44,982 nucleotides of DNA from Rotaria socialis. Its lineage: Eukaryota. Both the position numbers and the translations under genes were made by a program. The notes under the pieces were generated by a model. That model was given only the letters and a program-made list of their open reading frames with translations. It did not search any database and was not told the origin of the DNA. Numbering within the stretch: position 1 is the first letter of the stretch; each line of letters begins with the position of its first letter. The DNA lies in assembly GCA_905331295.1 (NCBI GenBank), contig CAJNYD010000329.1:1-44982 (forward strand). Direction: 5' to 3'. Below, piece by piece: positions 42,553-44,982 of this stretch.

Positions 42553-43340
42553 TTAGTGTTTCCATTTTATGTTTATAATCTTACATGAATGTTCAATTGC
42601 ATAATTGAGTACTAAGTTTTCTGAATGAATCATATAATTGAATGTTCCAATGATTTCATCATTAATTATTGGAACATGCAATGTAAATGAACGAAAATGA
42701 CGATTACGAAATTGAATTGCTTTGAGAAATGCTCGTACAACGATATTAATATTCATATTAATTACGTGTTTGATTTCTAGATTTTTTGTCGAAGGAAAAG
42801 TTCAAAATAAAAGGTCAATATTTTCCGTGTTGTCGATTTCTTCAATATGAATGGATTTAATTTCACATTTATATATCTTCTCATGAAGAACATAAGTTTG
42901 TTTGATTAATTCTATAATATTTCGATCAAATTGGTACGAATGAAGTTTTAATATGAGCAAATCAGGTAAGAAACTTCGAATTTGAATTAAGGAAGTCAAT
43001 GGTATATGTTTCATAAAAATTTCTATATGAAAAATTTTCATAGTGTGTAACACACGTTCTAAGTCAATTTTTATCATATCATTAGATATATAAGAGTTCA
43101 TCAAAATTAAAGAAGCAGATGATGAATTTTCAATATCTTCATGTCCTAGAATATCGTACCACGTTTTTCTAAAAGAAGATTTATTACGGTTTTATTTAAA
43201 AAAATTCTTGATTAGCGTACCTATACGGATAAATGATATAATTGGTATTTCTACTATCAATAACTGCTTAAAATGGCCATTTTCGTTGAATCCAAAATAA
43301 TGAAGAAAATTGATCTAATCCGTTAAATATGGAATATCGA
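42553..43340 (-). pseudogene. Decayed LRR-like gene fragment resembling expanded bdelloid F-box/LRR-type families
   Basis: ORFs 43104-42802 and 42756-42553 are in one frame split by TGA; LRR-like LPDLLILKL. Upstream DQFSSLFWIQRKWPF is followed by a stop. Family resemblance is from recall only. Confidence 0.5.
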
Positions 43341-43362
43341 TTAGAATTCTCCTTCCAATGTG

Positions 43363-44061
43363 TGAATATGTCATGTTCACAATTCGCTTATATAATTACG
43401 TAAGTCACCCGACAGCAAAATAGTACCTAGAGAGAGAGTCAATTTATTGATTAGCACGACTTCTCTCTTTCATCTTCTATTTTCTTTGATACTTTCTCCA
43501 ACTTTTTCATCGACGAAAGTAATCGATTTCATTGCAAAAGAGATGAATATATGAGCATCCTAAAATCACAATCATATAGAAAACAAATCAAGCATACTAT
43601 ATTTTGCAGTGAAACATAACATAATAATTTTAACATATTATTTTACGGAAATTTTATGGAAAAAATCCATACTTTAACAAGCTAAAAGCATTGTAACAGG
43701 CAAATAACGTTTTAAGAAAATACAGAAAGATCCGACTGTTTTATTATCTCTGGCAAAGAAAAGTTGAGGTAAAAAGCGGCGAGGTCTTTTTTTAAGTATA
43801 TCACACGTTCGTATATTTATCTCTTTGGAATGAAATCGATTATATTCTTTGACGAAAAAGGTGGAGAAAACATCAAAGAAAATAGAAGGTGAAACACATG
43901 AGACGGTGTAACTTGTCAAAGGCGAGTTGCTTTGACAGAGAAGAGAAGACGAAGATGAAAAGTGAGAAGCCGTGCTAAGCAATATATGATATTGGCTCTC
44001 TTTCTAGGTACTATTTTGCTGTCGAGTGACCTATAAGCGAATTGTGAACATAGCTCATTCA
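43363..44061. mobile_element. Foldback element with long degenerate TIRs
   Basis: ATGTTCACAATTCGCTTATA..GTCACCCGACAGCAAAATAGTACCTAGA..TTAGCACGACTTCTC (43373 onward) mirrored at 43950-44051. Weaker inverted match extends to ~43560/43800. No TSD seen. Confidence 0.8.
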
Positions 44062-44378
44062 GGCAGTTTTTTCATTGAATTCTATGTGTCATACAGATGT
44101 ATGAGTTCAGTCAATAGAAAACCTCTATATAATAATGAATACTTCGTTTAGTGAACACTTTTTCGAGGATCTCGTTATTGTTCAACGTAAAAAAATTCTA
44201 CCGTGGAAATTGTAATTAAGAAAATTATGATATAGAAAATATAAGTAATGAAAGTTTTACAAATGTTTGATTATGATCAAGAGGAAGAGATTTTTTGTTC
44301 AATTGTAACAAATTATTTAGTAGTTAGTAATAGCTATCAAAAACGTTTTTTTTTATGTCAGAACATTCTTGATATTCC

Positions 44379-44444
44379 ATTTTGCTAGTGATATCTCGTC
44401 TCTTGTATCTTATTTTGCTAGTGATATCTTGCATCTTGTATCTT
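44379..44444. repeat. 33-bp tandem duplication
   Basis: ATTTTGCTAGTGATATCT..TCTTGTATCTT starting at 44379 and 44412. Confidence 0.85.
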
Positions 44445-44645
44445 GTTTATTCTTCTTCGTAATTTTGTAATCTTTCTTAATGGTGCAATAATTTTTTCAA
44501 AACTGAAAGATTCTTTCTAATGTTCATTCTGAAAACCTCATTTCTATTTTTCATGTTTTCAAAAATGAGAAATTCTTTTCGAATGTCCATTGCTGAATTT
44601 TTTATTGTGATTTTTTATCTTTAATGTGCTTTTTTTAAAAATTGT

Positions 44646-44720
44646 AATGCAGAGCCCTGATGAGTGTTTCTAAATTTTAATAAATAACACGAAACGCGTT
44701 GGCAAATTCAACTCTGCATT
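44646..44720 (+). ncRNA. Minimal type I hammerhead ribozyme
   Basis: Core CTGATGA 44657-44663; stem II GTGTT/AACAC; GAAA 44691-44694; palindromic ACGCGT stem III; GUU triad (cleavage after 44700); stem I GCC/GGC extended by AATGCAGAG/CTCTGCATT. Confidence 0.8.
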
Positions 44721-44905
44721 TCTTTTATGATTTTTTTATTCGAAGCACAATAAATTTTTTAATTTAAAAAAAAACAAACAAATTCATTCAACTTCGATAG
44801 AACAATCGGTTGCTGAAAAGCAAGAACTGAGAACAGCAGATTGATTTTATTCTTTTTCAATATCGATAAGTCAATCTGTTTTTTATTTGATATATTCTTA
44901 CGAAG

Positions 44906-44982
44906 ATCATCATCATCATGTCCCTTAGGCTTAACGCCCGTTGGGGCCAACCATTTACGGGATCAGATTTTTCCATGCCCGC
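44906..44982 (-). mobile_element. 3' end of a non-LTR retrotransposon (RTE/CR1-like), truncated by the window edge
   Basis: GC-rich segment in AT-rich DNA; the minus strand reads RAWKNLI, then a GCCC/GGGC hairpin, then a (GAT)n tail. Confidence 0.55.

Noticed and set aside
43674..43982. 102-aa minus-strand ORF
   Set aside because: Lies within the TIR arm of a foldback element; low complexity.

Overview
AT-rich, intron-rich eukaryotic DNA with short 55-70 nt GT-AG introns, most consistent with a bdelloid rotifer. That assignment is an inference from intron size, the long-tailed H2A and the gene families present. Genes in order: a partial unknown gene at the left edge, NOC3L, a decayed Sib/integrin-beta-like membrane protein gene, an intermediate filament gene, a small acylation-motif ORF, a DLC/STARD13-type RhoGAP-START gene, a tightly packed minus-strand trio CLPTM1-MRPS22-RPS15A, a divergent histone quartet (H2A variant/H2B, H3/H4), an ARHGAP22/24/25-like PH-RhoGAP, and eIF4E. 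Every histone gene has both an intron and a variant 3' stem-loop. Several MITE/foldback elements lie in introns and intergenic DNA. The repeat-rich right end holds a minimal type I hammerhead ribozyme next to a decayed antisense ORF, and the 3' end of a LINE. Highlights are the hammerhead, the spliced stem-loop histone cluster, and operon-like gene packing that suggests SL trans-splicing. Exon boundaries were read by eye and are not validated by transcripts.
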